A stretch of DNA of 63,542 nucleotides, the filler included, from Reticulomyxa filosa (Eukaryota > Protista > Foraminifera): the NCBI GenBank assembly GCA_000512085.1. It is 20 parts of 20 records of this genome, joined end to end, with 100 filler letters (N's around TTAATTAATTAA, not from the genome) between each part and the next. Parts side by side here need not be neighbours in the genome. Positions count along the whole stretch, not along the records: positions 9,663 to 18,089 come from ASPP01018946.1; positions 18,190 to 19,527 come from ASPP01027426.1; positions 19,628 to 22,184 come from ASPP01028558.1; positions 22,285 to 23,743 come from ASPP01015538.1; positions 23,844 to 25,514 come from ASPP01021936.1; positions 25,615 to 29,711 come from ASPP01014328.1; 14 more parts are not named here. One strand, written 5' to 3'. Positions 12,290-26,031 of the stretch are shown here, one piece after another (position 1 is the first letter of the stretch; every line of letters begins with the position of its first letter). Both the position numbers and the translations under genes were made by a program. The notes beneath the pieces are model-generated. The model searched no databases, was not told the DNA's origin, and saw nothing but the letters and a program-made list of their open reading frames with translations.

Positions 12290-14381
12290 AATGCCTTGAG
12301 GCTGTCCATCTTTCTCTTGTATTAAAATTACCTGAAGCATTATCGGCTTCACAGTGTATTTTATTCAATGGTGCTGAGACTAGCAAGTGTTATTCTTATC
12401 ATACTCTGAAAAAACAATACAAGTACATATGCTCTTATACTACCTACATTAAGTTAGGTAGTCATTATGTGGTGGAAATTGGTGCAGAAATGAAATCGAA
12501 TGAAATTTCTTTATTATCATTTATCCAATCAAAAGTATTATATGACTTACAAAAGTGTATGGAAAATAAATACAGCATTTGAAAATCAACCTTTTAATAT
12601 TTGGAAATTATGTGAAAATTATGATTTTGGGAATATTGAATATTTGCAAGGAGCATGTGGACTAATCAGCGGAATAAAAAATAATTTATTATTTATTACA
12701 AGATATCCTCAAAATATTGAGATTATTGACTTAGAAGGAATTAAAGAAAATAAAATACCAATAATTGATAACAAAAATTTAATCCATAATCATTGTTTTA
12801 TGCCATTGACAATAAATAATGAAAAGATAATCAATCATTTTATATTATTTTGTAAAAATATAGTATTATTAATAGAATATGATGAGAAAGATGGAACATT
12901 TTTTTATGAAAAATTACCAATTTGTGAGTATTTAAAATATTATACAAATTATTCATTTGTATATATTTATAATTATATATTTTTATTTGGGGGAAAATCT
13001 TCAAATGGAGAATATACAGACTTTATTTACAAGTTTTCTATGAAACCAAGAACGTGGGAAAAAGCAAATTTCAAATTACCAATACCAATGTCAGCAACCT
13101 TTTCTATTTTCACTGATAATAATAAGATATATATAATTGTCGGTTTGACTAATGATCAGAAAACACTAGATACAAATTTATGTATAAATATAGAAGAATG
13201 CTTTGAGAAACGTGAGCTATTAGATATACTGAGTTGTACTGTTACTCAAATAAAATTGGAAAGACCATACAGTGTTCCAATTATAAGAGAAAGAATTGTT
13301 GAAAACAAATATGCTGAAAATATTGATATTGATGCTTTCAACAAATTGGAAAACATAGAAAATGAAATAAAACATTTGAAAGCACAACTGTCATCATTTA
13401 AATCAAGAGAAAATGTGCCAACAACAATGGAGGATATATGGTCATCTGATGGTATAGTTAATGAAAATAAGAAAAAATCATTGCACAAAATCTGACTTAA
13501 TACAGATAATATTAAAAACTTATTATCGTTGAAAGCAAAGGTTAGGGTTTGCTTTATGTTTATGTTTATATTATTATTAAAAAAAAGTATACATATATTT
13601 GTAGATTGAAGAAAAAGCGATAGAACAAGATTTAGAAGCAGCATGCCAACACCATAACACAATACAACAAAAAATTTCTTCAGCTTGCAAAATATAAAGG
13701 GTATATACAAAAGTATGACATTGTTCAATCGAAGAAACTATATTAATTCAAAAACAACAAAAAGAACAAATACGTGACAAAATCAAAAAAATGTATGAAT
13801 TAAATAAGAACGTATTATATGAATATATTGCAACGACTGATAAATTAGAAAGTTGGATGGAAAAAGTTCAAAATATGCAACAAAAAGATTTTTTAAATTT
13901 ACAAAAAGGTTGGGTTAAATGGGAAGCAAAAGAAGTTGCGATTTTCATTGGATACACTTTGAAAGCCAAAAAAGCTAAGATAACACAATTATATCAAATT
14001 GCGATAGAAAAGCAAATCAATTGATTAGCTTTATCAAATTTACATGAAGTGGATTTGCAGAAACAATTCCAATTAGAAAAAATGGATCAAGCTATTTATA
14101 TTACTGATTCTTTTACCGAAATTCGTAAAAAATATCCAATTTATCCTGTTCAAGGGTATCACTATCAACAAGTGATTCCAAAAGAATATTTATGTCCATT
14201 ATCAAATTCAATTATGGTGGACCCTGTGATTGCCTTAAATGGAATAACTTATGACCGTTCATCAATTATGAATAACTTTCAAATGAGCTCAAATTATGAG
14301 TCTTTGATAATGAACGGAAAGTTAGAACTTGATTATTCTTTAAAACAAAAAATTAAAAAATATGTTAAAAATTTAAAATGA
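12290..14381 (+). pseudogene. Kelch-like repeat + coiled coil + SAM-like + U-box protein pseudogene
   Basis: Kelch-like YIFLFGG...IYKF...WEK. SAM-like WVKWEAKEVAIFI...DLQKQFQL. U-box IPKEYLCPLSNSIMVDPVIALNGITYDRSSI. In-frame TGA at 14022-14024 and a frameshift near 12500. Confidence 0.75.
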
Positions 14382-17300
14382 TTTTTATTTAGTTTTGTTT
14401 TGTGCAGTTTTTTTCTTGGATTAAATGGGTTTTGACAATTTTTGTGTACAGTTTTTCTTTGAATTACATAGGTATGAATCAATTATTTATTTTTTACTTT
14501 TTTCCAAATTTTTAACGCATCAATTCTTTCCTTGCCACTTTAAAAAAAAATATTTGTTGATAAATTGTTAATTCCTTTGCTTATGCATAAAGATATAACT
14601 AAAATATTCCACTGTTAGAATCTGTAGTACAAAAAGATGTGAATTACATACTTTGATTGAAATAACACCAAAAAGTGTGCATTTAATATTTTTAAACAAA
14701 ACATAGCCAATCACTTTAAACCTAATAAACATTTTCAAAAATCATTTAAAAAATTATAAGTAATTTTGTTGATCAAACTTTTTTCTCAAGGAAAACTTGT
14801 TCAACTTTTTTTTATGTCTATCATAAAATGTGTGCTGAACTCAGCGGTTTCTCAATGCAGATCTTCTTCTATTCGCAGTGCATGCAATCCGTTATCATGC
14901 TGTCCTCCATCGCGACTTGCAGTTAAAGCCATCAGATCAACTAGCAAAGATTGTCGGATGGAATCACCGCAGTGAATTGCAAAAAATGCAGGAAATTGGA
15001 TTTGTGTTGCAATTGTATCAACGGACAACAACAACACAAATGCTATGAACTAAAATGAAGTATATAGGGGATTGAGACTCTAGTCATGATTGTTTTGTTT
15101 CACTAGATCTAGAGACGGTGTGTAATTAAAAAAAGATTGTAGTGAGGAAGTTTTTAAAAACATTTTTTTTTGTATTGCTTACAAAATGTCAGATAACAAT
15201 GTCTTTAGGTTTCAATTTGCTATTTATAATACTTGATTTGGTCCAGTTTAAAAATCGATCCTTTATTTTTTATTAAGCAATGCGAGTTAAATAATAATAA
15301 TGTTATTGATATAATCATTTGCTTAATTTTTTTGTTTATCAAAATAAGCTAATTTTTTTGCGAGGATCCACGATAAAAAAGTTCTCGTTTCATTTGCTTC
15401 ATAAATAAAAGGAGAAAAATTTGTTAAACGTTGCTAATACTACAAAGTTAGTACATTTCTTTTTTGTGTAGAAGAAAACATATTTGGTACGGTTTAAAGC
15501 TGGGCGTTAACAACTTGATGAACACTCAGTGAACAAACGTTCCGAAGATAAGGTCAATACCGAAAGAAAATGTTTTTTTGTAACATTTTTTTTTGTCTAT
15601 TATCCTACCAAATGACCTAAATCAAAATAGGTTAAAATAATTGATTAAAAAAATGATGTGTTTTTTTAGAGTTGCGAATTCGCGAAGAGGTAAAGAGTAG
15701 AAAAACTGCAATAATTGAGAATTTTTTTCTTCTTCGATTTATGCAAGAGACAAATTGTTTTTTAAGTTTTTTGATTATTTTGTTTGCTTTTTTTAATAAA
15801 ACAAAAATTCAATCAAAAACTAATACTCAATAAGTGTAGAAATCACATTGAATCAACACGTTCTCTTGGTTAATTCGTAAAAAATTTTCGCTACATTATG
15901 GTCCCCTCTAATAACAAGAAAAAACCACGTCGCCTAAGTTTTTTTATTATAAAAAAAATTTTGGTAGGTTTTTTCCACTCCAATAAATAAGATATTGTTT
16001 ATGAATCTAGTAATTGCCCAACAATCTGTTTTTTAAAAAATACCGGGACTACCCTCTGCACATGAACATGTGCCATGTTCGTTTGTAATCGTGCACCGAT
16101 AATGACTTTTTGCCAATTCAACAGTGCCAAATGCACTGTAAAATACTTTTCAATTTGACTTTTTTTAAAAGATAAAAGTTTTTCCCCATGTCAACATACA
16201 GGGACAAGGTACTTTTGGGAAACTCCACAGCAGTGAAAAATGGTAACGACAAGAAGGGCACTTTCCTCCTTAAATGATCACAATTCGAACTGAATCTATC
16301 GTTCCCAAAAATTCAACGAAAAACTGATAGCTCTTTTTTTTTTGTCAAGGTGGTCGTTGCCATTTTTTTTAAAGTATAAATGTATTCCACTGAAATATCC
16401 ACATTACAATCTCAACTCAAGACAATGCACAAAGGAAGATGAAATTTTACTTGTTAATGGAATTGTACTGCTTTTTTCCTCTGGAAGTGGTCTACATTAT
16501 TTTTTTCAAATAATAAAATTTATCTTATTTGTTAATGAAATTTAGAAAAAATTCCTTGCTCAGCTTACTTATAAAAATTGTTAATAATTATATTGATATC
16601 TTTCAAAACACACTTCAAGAATCAAATAAGTGTGATATCTTGAAGTGGTAACATATTTATCAAAATGTGACAATAGAGAAAAGAAAAAGATTTCAAAAAT
16701 TATACAAAAAATGACAAAGAATAATTTGTTGCTATTGACTGTTTAAGGTGTAGTATGGTTAAAGGGTTGAAGAGACAAAGATGAAAGCGATGGACACAAT
16801 AAAAAAAATAATTTCACATAACCGCTATTGTTAGACTCTACTAACGCGTATGCAAAATAATGTGACAATAACTGTAGCAATGAATGAAAAGAAAGTTGGA
16901 ATAACAAATACAAAAAAAAGCAGCATTTTGATATAACACTTGTTTGGATGCAAAAGACGTTATAAAATTAGAAATCATAATGTATTTTGTACAATTTTAA
17001 AAGAAGTGCAATTAATGTAAAATTAAAATATTATGTATGTTAAATCTTCTTCTGTATGCATGTACATTAAAATAAATATGAAAAAGAATAAAAATATATG
17101 AATAAAATACCCTTGACTTGGGCAACAATTGAACGTATTTTGAGATTGTAACTCTTATTCTGAAATTATATTTATATGTCCGATTTCAATCCATGCATCG
17201 CAATTCTTGTAAAAAAGTGTTTTCTAAGGAATATGGATATTGCATAAGACTTGAACTACATTTTTCGATTTCTAATTTCGTGAAAAATTTTTAAAAATTT

Positions 17301-17809
17301 ACAATTTGGAAAGAGATTGTTTTATACTTGAAATTTCTATCTGCTTTTTCATAACATTTGCAAAGTGTGTTGTGTGATTGTCTTACAACAACGAACGCAC
17401 TACTTATCAAAGTGACAAACATAATTATTCAAGCTAAAAGCTTAACATATGCCATTAAAGCGCAATTTGTAAAAGAATAACAATTTTGCAGAATCCTTTC
17501 TTTGGCAAGTTAAAGATTGTGAATGATAGTTATCATTTGATTGATATGATAAAGAACTGCAATAAATACCCATTAATGAAAATAAAACTTTATATATGTA
17601 AGAATTCATTTGCAGTTAAATTAGATTGTTAAATCACAAGACTTGAATGCATCAACCAACTCCAAGCACTTGGTCTTCCTAAACAAGTACGAGTGCATTC
17701 TAACTCCAAAATGATAATTATGAAGAAATATAATGACAATATTGCCAAAACTATAAAAGCGCTCAGGATACAAAAGGAACTGTATCTGAGAGGTGGAAAA
17801 AACATATGA

Positions 17810-18040
17810 TTCAAAGTGACAACAACAATATAAATACTGAAGAATTTCGCATTATGTCTGCAAGAAGTAAGCAACAGAGATAACAATGTCAGCATCCGAA
17901 ATTCATGATTGTAACAATGATATATACGCTGGAGAATTGCGCAATAGATTTGGAAATGAAAATGCAAGAAGTGGGTAACAGAGATAAATACCAATATGTG
18001 AATTTCAAAGTAATGACAACAACATAAATACAGAAGAAAT
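17810..18040 (+). repeat. Degenerate ~95-105 bp tandem repeat (2-3 units)
   Basis: TTCAAAGT...AACA..ATAAATAC.GAAGAA at 17810 and 18004. GCAAGAAGT...AACAGAGATAA at 17860 and 17964. Confidence 0.5.
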
Positions 18041-18199
18041 GCATACAGTAGATTGCAAAAAAAAACTGCAATACCTAAATGGCACTATANNNNNNNNNNN
18101 NNNNNNNNNNNNNNNNNNNNNNNNNNNNNNNNNTTAATTAATTAANNNNNNNNNNNNNNNNNNNNNNNNNNNNNNNNNNNNNNNNNNNNCAGAATCTAA

Positions 18200-18730
18200 T
18201 AAAATGTTGAAACAATTCAAAAGACATTCTAATCGTGTGATGGTAAATGTATTATTTCTTGTTCATTGGATGATACAATTCGAATATGGAATATTGAAAC
18301 ATTTCCTTCAAGTTCACTTTTTGCTTTTCTAAGTACGGAAATTCAAATGTTTTCTATAGTCACTGTTTGACACAGATTATTAATATTTTTATATTCAATC
18401 CCTTTCATTCGTCTACTAAATTACTTAAAGCATTCACTGAAGATACAAGCATTGTAATTAATACAGTTCGTGTATGAGATATCGATAACAACAAACAAGT
18501 TCCATCATTTAATGAGCATTCACACTATGTGAAATTTGCACAATATCACTACTATAATCATCGTCAGAATATTACTTGCTCTTCATCACAGGATAAAACC
18601 ATTCATTTTGGGTGTAAAATATGGATCAAATGAATTAAAAAATACAATATTATATGATTTAGTTTTTGTTTGTGGATATTCGATCTGATCAGTAAATTCA
18701 AGTATTCAAAGGACATACATGTTGGGTTTG
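18200..18730 (+). pseudogene. WD40-repeat protein pseudogene
   Basis: Fragments SLDDTIRIWNIET and TVRV*DIDNNKQVPSFNEHSHYVKFAQYHYYNHRQNITCSSSQDKTIHF, with stops and frameshifts. Confidence 0.8.
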
Positions 18731-20695
18731 AATTGAAGGAGAAAATGTTGTTTTGATAATACACCTTGTTGTCCTTTTAACTATGTCATATCTTGAGTGT
18801 CGATACTATACAAAAAAAATCTAAAAAATTAGTAGTGAAGAAAATACAATACTTAAAGTATCTTGCAATTTATTTTACTATTTGGATATAATTTTCATTA
18901 ACCATGCTTTTCAATTTTTTAAAAGACTTTAAACGCAACGTTCTAAATTTTTTTAAACAATAAAGTAAGATAAAACACATCTTTCAATATTTCCATTCAA
19001 TCAAATCAAATAAATTTAACATCACAATACTTTTCTTTTAATCAAACAAAAACGCTTTCATTTTTTGTTCAACAAAAAATTCAATTATCCACAAATACGA
19101 ATGAGACCTTTGCGTGAGCCATGGCACATATTCAATTCATATTTAACATTCTTTGTCTTTTCTTTCTTTTGAATTTTGTTTTTTTATATGATCAGTTTCT
19201 TTTGGGGTAATTACTTTATCCAAAGTAAGTATATGCATACGCAAGTCCCTTTCTAAGCCTCCACGTATATATATATGTATATATTATATCAAAGATTGAC
19301 TATAAATTATAAACTGTATTGAAAAGAAGGCTCTGATTTGATGCAAGTCCTCTCCAACTTATATTTGAACACATATCGATAAAGTAATATTGATGTTGTG
19401 CAAAATATGAATATAATACCAAGGGTTTTTAATGGCATCTCACGCAGTTTCAAACCTTTTTTCAATCCATTCAAGAAAAAAGTATGCAAATTTAACAATT
19501 TGAATGCCACAGAAGATACTTAAAAAGNNNNNNNNNNNNNNNNNNNNNNNNNNNNNNNNNNNNNNNNNNNNTTAATTAATTAANNNNNNNNNNNNNNNNN
19601 NNNNNNNNNNNNNNNNNNNNNNNNNNNAACAAATATTGATTTCAGTGACAGCGTGCGTCAAATATGGATCACGTTATTTGCGTTTTGAACGACTCACAAT
19701 TTGGAAAAAAAATTGGGGGTCCATATCATGTAATGTGGCTCATGATTGATTGAAAGGAGATTATGGTTATGTTGATTATATTACGCAATCTATATTCCAA
19801 GTTATAGTATTTTTTGTGATGTGATTGAATTATATATGATCAATTCACATGCATATAACATAGATCTCCAAAGAATACAATGTTACTATTGAAAAATTGG
19901 TTGAGGTGCCAGTAAGCAAAGACAAAAGGAAAGTTCAAATAACACAAAGTTGATGCATATTCAATTGCAAGTATTTAACCTTGCCTCAAATTTTTGTGTT
20001 AAAAATTTATCTTTTGTATAAATTGTAGTTTCTTTTAATTTTTTTAATGATAATTTCAATGTCCTCTCTCCTAGCTCACATGATATCTTAATTAAATTAT
20101 ATTCATTGTAAAAAATTTCTAAACTTTAGTATTTTAAATCTAGTAGAAAATATGCAGATAGATTCGATTTGGTTTTTACTTGTGTCTTTGAATAAACTAA
20201 TAATTGGAATTAATTGCAAGTGATAATATGCAATAGACTGATTTTGCTTTCTTCTATTGTTTAGAGTTGGTATTAAGAAAAAATAAACGATAAGTGCTCC
20301 AAAAGAGCCACATAAGACTGTGCGAAATTAGGAATTGATTCTTGTAACAATGACTTTTGAATTATAGTAACAATCAGTTATTAAATTAAGATTAATAATA
20401 TACAATCATGAAATTGATACTTTCTGACTTATTCACAATATAACAGTTTGAACACACAAAATTTAAATGTATTGAAACTTATATTAAAAATTTAGTATAG
20501 TATAATATTTGTACGTAAAAAATTAGTTTGAATAATTAAAATAGAAGAAATATTCGATAAACGATATAGTCAATTATGTGTTAAATATTATATGTATGTG
20601 GCTAGACAAGGATATATCATAGTTTTTATCGTGACATATTTGCGTGCTAATATTAGTCAAATCATTGATCAATTCGTTTCTTTGTTCTTTGATTA

Positions 20696-22184
20696 TCACA
20701 TTGTCATGGCCGTTGTTGACATTGATCTTGGATTGACACAGTGCATAGTCCAACAAGTAGATATATTTGTGAAGAATCTGTTTGGAAAGTGTTCTGACGG
20801 GGGTTTGAAAATACCGTTATATAAATACTCAATCATTAATGATTGTTGCAAGAAGTCGATATTGATTTGAGTTTGCTCGACATCAGCTGGCTTTTCTTCC
20901 TCCTCCTCTCTATATTTATCTTTATCTCCATTTCCATGTTTATCTTCTCCATTCTCTCTCATTTCACTCTCTTGACACAAATCATAGATTTTGGACAAGT
21001 CCGCAACTGTGATGGAACAATTGCGATGCAATTGAATCGACGCGGCGCGAATTAGCGACGACAGCGATATTCCAACTGCCCAAGTCGACAGATCCGGAAT
21101 TCGTGTCGAGTTATGCTTTACGTGATTGTCCAATTGAAACTCTAACTGTGACAATGCAAATCCAAATGCACTTTGAATTTGATTCCTGCGCCAATCACAT
21201 AACAGCCGTCTATTCGCATTTACATTGCACATTTTCGATTTGTTATTTATGCAACTTTTGCAAACATAAATAAGCACCTGGTTCGCAAATAGTGCAATTC
21301 ATTTTTGCAGCAAAATTCGCAAAAGCGATTGACATGATCACGATAATCTTTTTCGTTATCACTGACATGTTTTTGCAGCCGTTCTTTTGTGTGATGTATG
21401 TAGTATACATATGTATGATGGCATGTGATATCTTGAAATAGTGAACAAAGTACTTGTATATCTCTTCTTCTTCTTACATAACTGTCAAATTTGCTCACAT
21501 TTAATAATTTTTGACTCGAGGCAGTCATTGGCAAATCTCCACAACTTGACATCTGTCTCCTCCCCCTCCATACACATGCAAAATTATGGGGTCTTGTTTT
21601 TTAAATGCACAAACACATTTTTAATACTAAACCACTTCTCGGATTGCATTGTCAACTATCGTGGGGTCTTCATGTGGCTTCAGTTGGATTAATGCTTTTT
21701 TCACTTCCTCCATAAATATGCTCTGATTTTTGTTTTTTGTTTATCTATTTACATCTAACAACAACAACAAACATGAAAGTACGTGAACGGTTTTGGGGTG
21801 GTGAAATTCTTTCATCCAATCCACTAACAAATTGCACATTTTTGTATATCCCTTGTAATTTGAAGCTGCCAATAAAACACCTTCTTTTACTAATTTATAA
21901 ATTCGTCCTTGTTTTCCTAATCATTTCCAAAGTTGTTTTTTTTTTCATTTTATACTTAACAAAAACTCTTTCGGGTTTGTTGAAAAAAATAATACAACTC
22001 CTCTTGTTATTATGCAACAAACCTCACATTTTAAAGTTGCGTATTCCTTCACTATGATAATGAAACTTTCGTCTAATACACTGTCTGGTCTTGAAAGGCG
22101 GATCTCGAAATCTTCGTTGGTTAACAACGCTTGACTCTTGCAGTTCAACATCAGAAGCATCATCCACTGCCAGTCTCTCTAATT
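20696..22184 (-). pseudogene. Fragmented hypothetical gene
   Basis: Same-strand ORF pieces (22163-21945, 21552-21247, 21277-20696), the last two overlapping in shifted frames. No family recognised. Confidence 0.4.
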
Positions 22185-22329
22185 NNNNNNNNNNNNNNNN
22201 NNNNNNNNNNNNNNNNNNNNNNNNNNNNTTAATTAATTAANNNNNNNNNNNNNNNNNNNNNNNNNNNNNNNNNNNNNNNNNNNNCCCCTTTTTTTTTTTT
22301 TTTTTTTTTTCTTCCCCCTTTGGTATCTC

Positions 22330-23674
22330 TTTCTTTCCAATTTGCAAACCTTTCCTCTTCTAAGGCCAATTCTTGTCGTCTGTCCTCCTCTGCGCGTTTT
22401 TGGCGTTCTTTTTCAGCTTCAATATCTTTTCTCTGCTGTTCCAAAGCTTTTCTTTGCTGTTCCAGCAGTTCCATTTGCTTTTGGTACTCTTGGTTGGCTC
22501 GTTCGAGCTGCTCTTGCTGTTGCGTCGCCAGCTTTTGTCTTTCTTCTTCCAAGTGCTTGCGCATTTCCTCGGCTTTCCGGCGCTGTTCTTCGAGTTCTTT
22601 TTCGTGTTGTAGTTGTTCGTCTTCTCTCTAATTAGTCCCACCCAATGAAGACAGTCAGCATGACTTTTTATTTATTTATTTAAAAATAAAAATAAAAAAA
22701 ATAAAAAAATAAAAAAATTAGATAGCACGTACACAAACCTCTTTTTTCAATCTGTTTTTCTCTTCTTCCAGTTTTTTGAATTCTTGGTCTGCCTCTTCTT
22801 TGGCTTTGGCTCGACGAGCCTTTTCTTCTTCCTCTTCCGCGAGTTTCTTTCGTCTCTCTGTTACGTACAATAATATGATATTTTATCTTGTCTTGCTTTT
22901 CTCTTTCTCTCTCCTCTCAAAAAAAAAAAAAAAAAAATCACTAAAACGGAGTATACCGATTCATATACAAAAAAAAAAAAAAAAAAAAAAAAAACCAGCT
23001 TCTTTTTCCTCCTCCTCTTTGTCACGGATTTGCTTGAGGGAATCCTTTCGCCTTCTCATTCGCTTTCCGCCTTCGTCGGTGTAATAAAGCCAGTCGACCC
23101 CATCTTTGTCGGTGACGAATTTTTGATTGGTGCCAAAAGTCAATCCGGCGTAGCCCATCGAAGGATCGCCGGTGTAGTACTTCACCTGCTCTCTCTTCTT
23201 GTCCATGTACTTCCCATGGTAGCCCGTGCGCTCCTCCAAGAAGTTACTGTTCGTCAATGTGTCGCGCAACACGTCTTCACTCCAATCGGCTGGCTTCCAT
23301 TTCTTGTCATTTCCACCCGACATTGATGCTGAGGCTGGTACTGACGTTGCTGACGTTGCTGGCGTTGCTGACGTTGCTGACGTTGCTGCTGCTCCTACTG
23401 ATGATAATGATGATGATGAAGATGATGCTGATGCTGATGCTGAGGTGGCTGAAGACGTAGATGCAGAGCTAGATGCTGGAACGGATGTTGATGCGTTCGA
23501 TCCTGCTGACGATGTGGATGTCGAGGTTAATATCTTCTTCGATGGACTACTACTTACCGCTGGCTTTTTTGTCTGCGCTTCCTTCATTGATCCTTGTCTT
23601 GTTATTCCTTTCTTCGGACCGTCGTCCAATCTCATCAATATTGACGAACTTCGAATAAATATCCCTTTGTCCAA
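22330..23674 (-). CDS. Multi-exon protein with Ser/Ala/Thr low-complexity region and E/K/Q/R coiled coil, partial
   Basis: Exons at about 23674-22997, 22860-22739 and 22631-22340, separated by GT-AG introns. Charged heptad-like C-terminal part. Confidence 0.7.
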
Positions 23675-24438
23675 TGGACACTTTTGTATGTTGTTTGCAT
23701 TACATACATTTTGAACAGTAAAACAATTTAAACCCCCCCCCCCNNNNNNNNNNNNNNNNNNNNNNNNNNNNNNNNNNNNNNNNNNNNTTAATTAATTAAN
23801 NNNNNNNNNNNNNNNNNNNNNNNNNNNNNNNNNNNNNNNNNNNTAAAATATTTGTCTCCTCCTCCACTCCCTTTGCCAGAAAAAAAATAATAGAAAATTG
23901 GAATGAGAGCTTTTAGCTCAAACGCAAAAGTATATTTGTTTTTTGTTTGTTTTTTTAAATGAAAAAAATTTACTTTTATGAATGTGCAAATAGGAACCAA
24001 AGTCAAATCGCAATTGGAAAGTTGTTTTTTTTTATGTTTTATGTTTTATATTTGATAGGAAAAAAACAGGTGGGAAAATGATTGGAAAAAGAAGGGGAAA
24101 ATTGTTGGGAAAAGAGGGGGGAGTGGTTGGGAAAATAGGGGGAAAGTAGGGGAAAAAACGATAAAATTTTATTTAAGAAAAATAGAGAAAAATGTATAGA
24201 AATTTTATTTAAAAAAATAAAAAAGAATTAGAAAATAAAAAAAAAAGAAAAATGTTGAAAATGAAAAATAATAATAAAAAAATGGCAATTGGAAAATAAG
24301 AAAAAAAGATTAAAAAAAAAAGAAGAAAAAAGTATAAGGGAAAAAGGGGAAAGAATGAAAAAGAAAAGGAAGAAGCGCGAAACATGTTCGCGCTGATCGC
24401 GATGCTCTAAATTTGATGAAAAGATCGCGACATAAGTC

Positions 24439-25414
24439 TGCGGATAATTGTTGGCGTGACACAGCGCCAAAGAAGACAACGAACTTTGATCTAAATGCTC
24501 CAGCGACAAGTGAACTCGGCCATTATGAAAATAGCGCTAACTTTACCAACTAATGGCAACAATAGAAATGCATAAATTGGAAACTCGTGTCGAAGCTTAT
24601 TGTGTGCGTATGCAAGTTCACAATTTTGGATTTTATATCGTGTACGTGCTGATTATCGTAATCGTTTACAATGAATACGTCCAAGATGAAAAAAATGATA
24701 AAATATTACTCCATCATTAAATCGCCAACGCAAGCATTAAAATGTACTGGAAATACAATCTCAAGGTTTGTCTAATCACAAGATAGATAATTGTTTTAAA
24801 GTGCAAAGTCAATCAGATATCGTGGAACGGTTGTCATGATTTTCCAGTTCAATTCCGGAAAGTTGGATCTTGGTGCAGGTAACAGCGAAAGAAAGGTCGC
24901 CAAGAAGAAAAAAAAGAAAGATATGGCGACAATCAAAGTAGAAAAGTGTGGTGTTGCAACGGCGACAGAGAAAGAGTGGAAATTGATGAAAAAAATATGT
25001 GGAAGTTGTCGGGAAACACTATGGCGATCGAAAAAACCACTATTGATAGAATATTTCATGGTTAGTGGTTCAACTTGGCGGAGGAGCCTTGCGAAACTCC
25101 GTAAAGACATTGGCAAGCAAGAATAGGAATATGAGGAAGAGAAGGATGGAGATGCGTAGAAGAAAGATCATTTTGCGTTAAATCTGTTTTAAAAAAATAG
25201 TCTAAAGATTTGTTGGATATGGTTATACACTTGCCGTTCACGCCCGCGAGTGGAGACTTCGTGTTCCAGTCATGCAATACTTTCTCTTAGACGCCAGCCA
25301 AAGATAATAAATAAGTGTGTGGAAAATGGTAATTCGAACAATTAGAAATAAATTGGATATCAACATAGGTGCACACAAGTCTCTGGCGCTGTGCCACGTC
25401 AACAATTATCCGCA
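24439..25414. mobile_element. 976-bp segment bounded by 35-bp imperfect inverted repeats (possible decayed TIR element)
   Basis: 24439-24473 TGCGGATAATTGTTGGCGTGACACAGCGCCAAAGA versus the reverse complement of 25380-25414 TGCGGATAATTGTTGACGTGGCACAGCGCCAGAGA: 32/35 identical. Confidence 0.45.
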
Positions 25415-25666
25415 AAGATAGCGTCGAGCTGAGACTTACAAACTTCAAAGAATAAGAGAAGATCGGCTGTTAAGAAAATGGCGCTAGCTACTGTATCGAA
25501 ACTGGTAGTGTGTGNNNNNNNNNNNNNNNNNNNNNNNNNNNNNNNNNNNNNNNNNNNNTTAATTAATTAANNNNNNNNNNNNNNNNNNNNNNNNNNNNNN
25601 NNNNNNNNNNNNNNAAAAAAAAAAAAGTACTTAATAATTATATATATATATGTATATTTGTAATAG

Positions 25667-26031
25667 AATTGCAAGAGCACAGTGATGTGACATCCGATGT
25701 AATATTGGTAATTGCGGCTAATAAAATTGATAGTGTGAATAAAAATTCTGAGAAAGACTTGTTGCTTTCACAAGCAAAAGCATATGCGCAAGAGATCAAA
25801 GCACTGTATTTTGAGACATCAGCTCGCACTTCACAAGGCATCCAAACATTGTTTGAGAGTGTCGCCCAACATATCTTATCTGTCAAATTGAAAAAATTTG
25901 GATGCTCGCATCATGACCATGCGAATTTGAATATCACCGCATCATCGGCTAAGTCCACGTGTTGCGCTGCTGCCACTGCTCCCAACAAAGGGCAAAGAAA
26001 AAATACACTTTCCAAAAAACAACAAATTTAA
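25667..26031 (+). CDS. Rab-family small GTPase, last exon
   Basis: G4 (IAANKID) and G5 (YFETSAR) boxes. AG acceptor ends at 25666. Confidence 0.88.

Noticed and set aside
24050-24370. GGGAAAA-rich tract as a telomeric repeat
   Set aside because: No fixed unit; it is low-complexity purine-rich sequence.
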